The notes below the pieces were generated by a model. It was not told where the DNA came from, made no database searches, and worked only from the letters and a program-made list of their open reading frames with translations. This document shows, piece after piece, positions 16,992 to 19,355 of a stretch of DNA of 19,355 nt (position 1 is the first letter of the stretch; each line of letters opens with the position of its first letter). The translations under genes and the position numbers were made by a program. Source of the stretch: Phycisphaerales bacterium (lineage in GTDB: Bacteria > Planctomycetota > Phycisphaerae > WQYP01); NCBI GenBank assembly GCA_027451365.1, contig DAIDJN010000065.1, forward strand, positions 1-19,355, written 5' to 3'.

Positions 16992-17019
16992 AGTATAACC
17001 AAACCAGAGATGAGTTCAA
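16992..17019 (-). promoter_or_regulatory. candidate sigma70 promoter for the PEP-CTERM gene
   Basis: Minus strand TTGAAC (17019-17014), 16-bp spacer, TATACT (16997-16992), in an AT-rich patch. Confidence 0.4.
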
Positions 17020-17201
17020 GCTATATTTCCGCCCCGCCCGATTTAGCAAACTGGTTCCGGTCGCAAAAGCAAGCGGGATCTGCCATTTTTCCTGGCAGCG
17101 CGGCTGTCCTCAGCCGCCTCTTGTCGTTCGCGACACTGTTTCGGCTTCAAGTGTACGCCCCAACGGACATGTTTCGGCCGCCGCCAAGAAAATTGGCAGC
17201 C

Positions 17202-17415
17202 TCAAGCAAACGTTTCGGTTGATCCATCAGGGTACGTCGCCGCGGTTTTCCAGTCATGCGAGTCGTAGGCATAACTGGTATCCCCGCCACGGTCGTCGGT
17301 CAACTGGGTTAAGCTCCCATTGCCATCGTATTTCATGGTGGTAAGGATACTGCCCACATCCGTTCCCGGCCCGGAAGTCGTAAAACTGGTCCCCACGGGT
17401 GGCGGATTACCGGCC
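17202..17415 (-). pseudogene. RHS/YD-repeat protein fragment
   Basis: KYDGNGSLTQLTDDRGGDTSYAYDSHDWKTAATYPDGSTETFA* contains two YD repeats. It ends in a stop mid-repeat and lacks the RHS core. Confidence 0.75.
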
Positions 17416-17913
17416 AGACCGTCCAATCTTAAAAGAGTCTGGGTCGCAACCAACGGATGAATCCAGCTCAGCCCTTTTGAAATCTTGGTCAACAGCCTCC
17501 CCAGGCAGTACGCTAATAGCGGCATATGCTCCCATCCCCATAAACCAAATCTATAGGGGGGCAACGCCGCAGTCCCAAAAAAAACCGCACGCTCTGCCGC
17601 ATCGTAGGCAGATCGCTCGGAGGGGAAAAGCGAAGCAATACGGTAAACAACGCATATAAAAACATGCAAATCCACATCATTAGTCTCGTCCATCCGGGAC
17701 ATCTGACAGCAACGGGTATAATTCGCGTTGGAAATGGCAGCATTGGCTTACAAAAATATTCTTCATCAAATTTATCTAAATTGAATCTGCGGAACGGAAT
17801 CCAAATTTAAAACATCGCGGCGAAAATTATTATCGGAATACCAATCAACCAATTCAATACAAGTATTTCCACCTGAAGCCATCCGCAATCTAGTGTACTG
17901 TCCCGTAAATATC

Positions 17914-17941
17914 TTGACATATTGAGAAGGCCCGGTATGAT
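17914..17941 (+). promoter_or_regulatory. IS630 transposase promoter (probably a leaderless transcript)
   Basis: TTGACA (17914-17919), 16-bp spacer, TATGAT (17936-17941). The ATG at 17948 is only 6 nt downstream and has no RBS. Confidence 0.6.
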
Positions 17942-17947
17942 GTGGGC

Positions 17948-18964
17948 ATGTCAAATCACGCAGCAAAATCACTGGTTCTCGATGCTAACCAGCAACGACG
18001 GCTGGAATTCCTGAAAACCAGTGGCAAAACCCCTCAGAAGATAGCATTGCGAGCAAAATTGGTACTGCTGGCCTCTCAGGGAAAGTCCAATAGCGCCATT
18101 GCCAAAACATTGGATGTCAGTCGTCCCACCGTTCTGCTATGGCGTGCGCGTTTCAGGCAATCAGGGGTGCCCGGAATTATGAAAGATGCACCACGGCCTG
18201 GCCGGAAAAAGGCCTTATCGCCGGAAAAAATACAAACAGTGGTGGAAGCCACGTTACATAGCAAGCCGGAAGGCCAGACGCATTGGAGCGTTCGCACGAT
18301 GGCCAAGGCACAGGGAATCTCGCGAATGGCCGTGCAGCGTATCTGGAAACTCCACGGACTCCAGCCGCACCGTGTCAAAACCTTCAAGCTTTCCAACGAC
18401 AAACGTTTTGTGGAGAAACTACGGGATGTCGTGGGGCTGTACATGAATCCACCGGAGAAAACCTTGGTACTGTCGGTGGATGAAAAGAGCCAGATTCAAG
18501 CCTTGGATCGCACCCAACCTGGTCTGCCGATGAAGAAAGGCCGCTGCGGCACGATGACACACGATTACAAACGACACGGCACGACGACCTTATTCGCGGC
18601 CTTGAACATGCTGGATGGAAAAGTGTTGGGGGAATGTCTTCCACGGCACCGCTCCAAGGAGTTTCTGAGGTTCATGGGGACCATCGATAAAAACACGCCC
18701 CCCGGCTTGGACTTGCACTTGATCGTGGATAATTATTCCACGCATAAAAGCCCTATGGTTAAACGTTGGATGAAACGGCACCCTCGATTTCGCCTGCACT
18801 TCATTCCCACGAGTTCCTCGTGGCTGAACATGGTGGAGCGGTGGTTCCGCAATATCACGGACCAGGCGATCCGTCGCGGCGCCTTTACCAGCGCGCCCAC
18901 TCTTATCAAGGCCATCAAGGAATATCTCGCAACGCACAATGAAAACCCGAAAATATTTACTTGA
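17948..18964 (+). CDS. IS630-family DDE transposase, shortened by a late premature stop (original end probably 19033)
   Basis: HTH N-terminus and SVDEKSQIQAL, HDYKRHGTTTLFAAL, LIVDNYSTHK, SSWLNMVERWF. TGA at 18962-18964 sits where W is expected (PKIFT*TKDADTILAKV), and the frame continues to TAG at 19031-19033. Confidence 0.9.
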   Translation: MSNHAAKSLVLDANQQRRLEFLKTSGKTPQKIALRAKLVLLASQGKSNSAIAKTLDVSRPTVLLWRARFRQSGVPGIMKDAPRPGRKKALSPEKIQTVVEATLHSKPEGQTHWSVRTMAKAQGISRMAVQRIWKLHGLQPHRVKTFKLSNDKRFVEKLRDVVGLYMNPPEKTLVLSVDEKSQIQALDRTQPGLPMKKGRCGTMTHDYKRHGTTTLFAALNMLDGKVLGECLPRHRSKEFLRFMGTIDKNTPPGLDLHLIVDNYSTHKSPMVKRWMKRHPRFRLHFIPTSSSWLNMVERWFRNITDQAIRRGAFTSAPTLIKAIKEYLATHNENPKIFT

Positions 18965-19030
18965 ACCAAGGATGCCGATACGATTCTCGCCAAGGTCGCC
19001 AAGTGTAAGGAAGCCTTAGGGACACAACAC

Positions 19031-19355
19031 TAGCAGTTCACACTGCCGCCGCACCGACAACCGGGGATGGCCGACATCCACCGCCTGACGCTTCTGGTCA
19101 GGCGTCCAGTCCAGACTTTTTTTTAGCCAGGATAATTCCACCTGTAACCGACCTATCTGCTCGTACAACTGCGCCATCGACGCCGGCGAGGAATGGTTGG
19201 ACCCCTGAACAGACGATTCCTCAAATGCCATCGCTGAACATTCCACAAGACGCTTTTTCCACGCGGCAATACGCGAGGGATGAACCTGATACAAACCCGC
19301 CAACTCACCAATCGTCCGCTGGCCCTTCATCGCCTCCATGGCCACCTTGGCTTTG
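19031..19355 (-). mobile_element. IS3-family element, partial: OrfA plus the first residues of OrfB, cut by IS630; 5' end lies outside the window
   Basis: KAKVAMEAMKGQRTIGELAGLYQVHP...WKKRL...LYEQIGRLQVELSWLKK (OrfA), an A8 slippery tract at 19117-19124, then HPRLSVRRQCELL (OrfB start) ending at the IS630 boundary. Confidence 0.88.

Larger units (their letters stand above)
17893..19030 (+). mobile_element. IS630-family insertion sequence
   Basis: Terminal inverted repeats GTGTACTGTCCC (17893-17904) and GGGACACAACAC (19019-19030), each flanked by TA within CTAG (17890-17893 and 19030-19033). Confidence 0.92.

Noticed and set aside
18962..18964. TGA recoding (alternative genetic code or selenocysteine)
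   Set aside because: TGA serves as a stop elsewhere (494-496), Trp is encoded by TGG in the long ORFs, and the expected residue is Trp.

Overview
This is a bacterial window, probably from a planctomycete of the Phycisphaerae type. That assignment is inferred only from the dockerin-like plus PEP-CTERM tail and the GldA/F/G-DUF4340 cluster. From left to right: (1) the C-terminal end of a polymorphic (RHS-type) toxin with a translationally coupled immunity gene, a degenerate orphan toxin tip, a possible RAYT remnant and GTAG-type REP hairpins; (2) a possible ~125-nt structured RNA/leader, then an intact four-gene GldA-like ATPase / GldF-like permease / GldG-like / DUF4340 ABC operon; (3) an ~810-bp non-coding stretch dense in palindromes and repeats, including a 175-bp element with 41-bp terminal inverted repeats, ending at a possible tRNA 3'-end att remnant; (4) a decayed beta-class DNA methyltransferase; (5) a 2209-aa autotransporter-repeat surface protein with dockerin-like repeats and PEP-CTERM; (6) an RHS/YD fragment, an IS630 with a nonsense mutation, and an IS3 truncated by it. 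I cannot demonstrate a complete new system. The best leads are the structured RNA at 1579-1704, the repeat landscape at 7827-8640 and the toxin-tip exchange signature at 198-1050.
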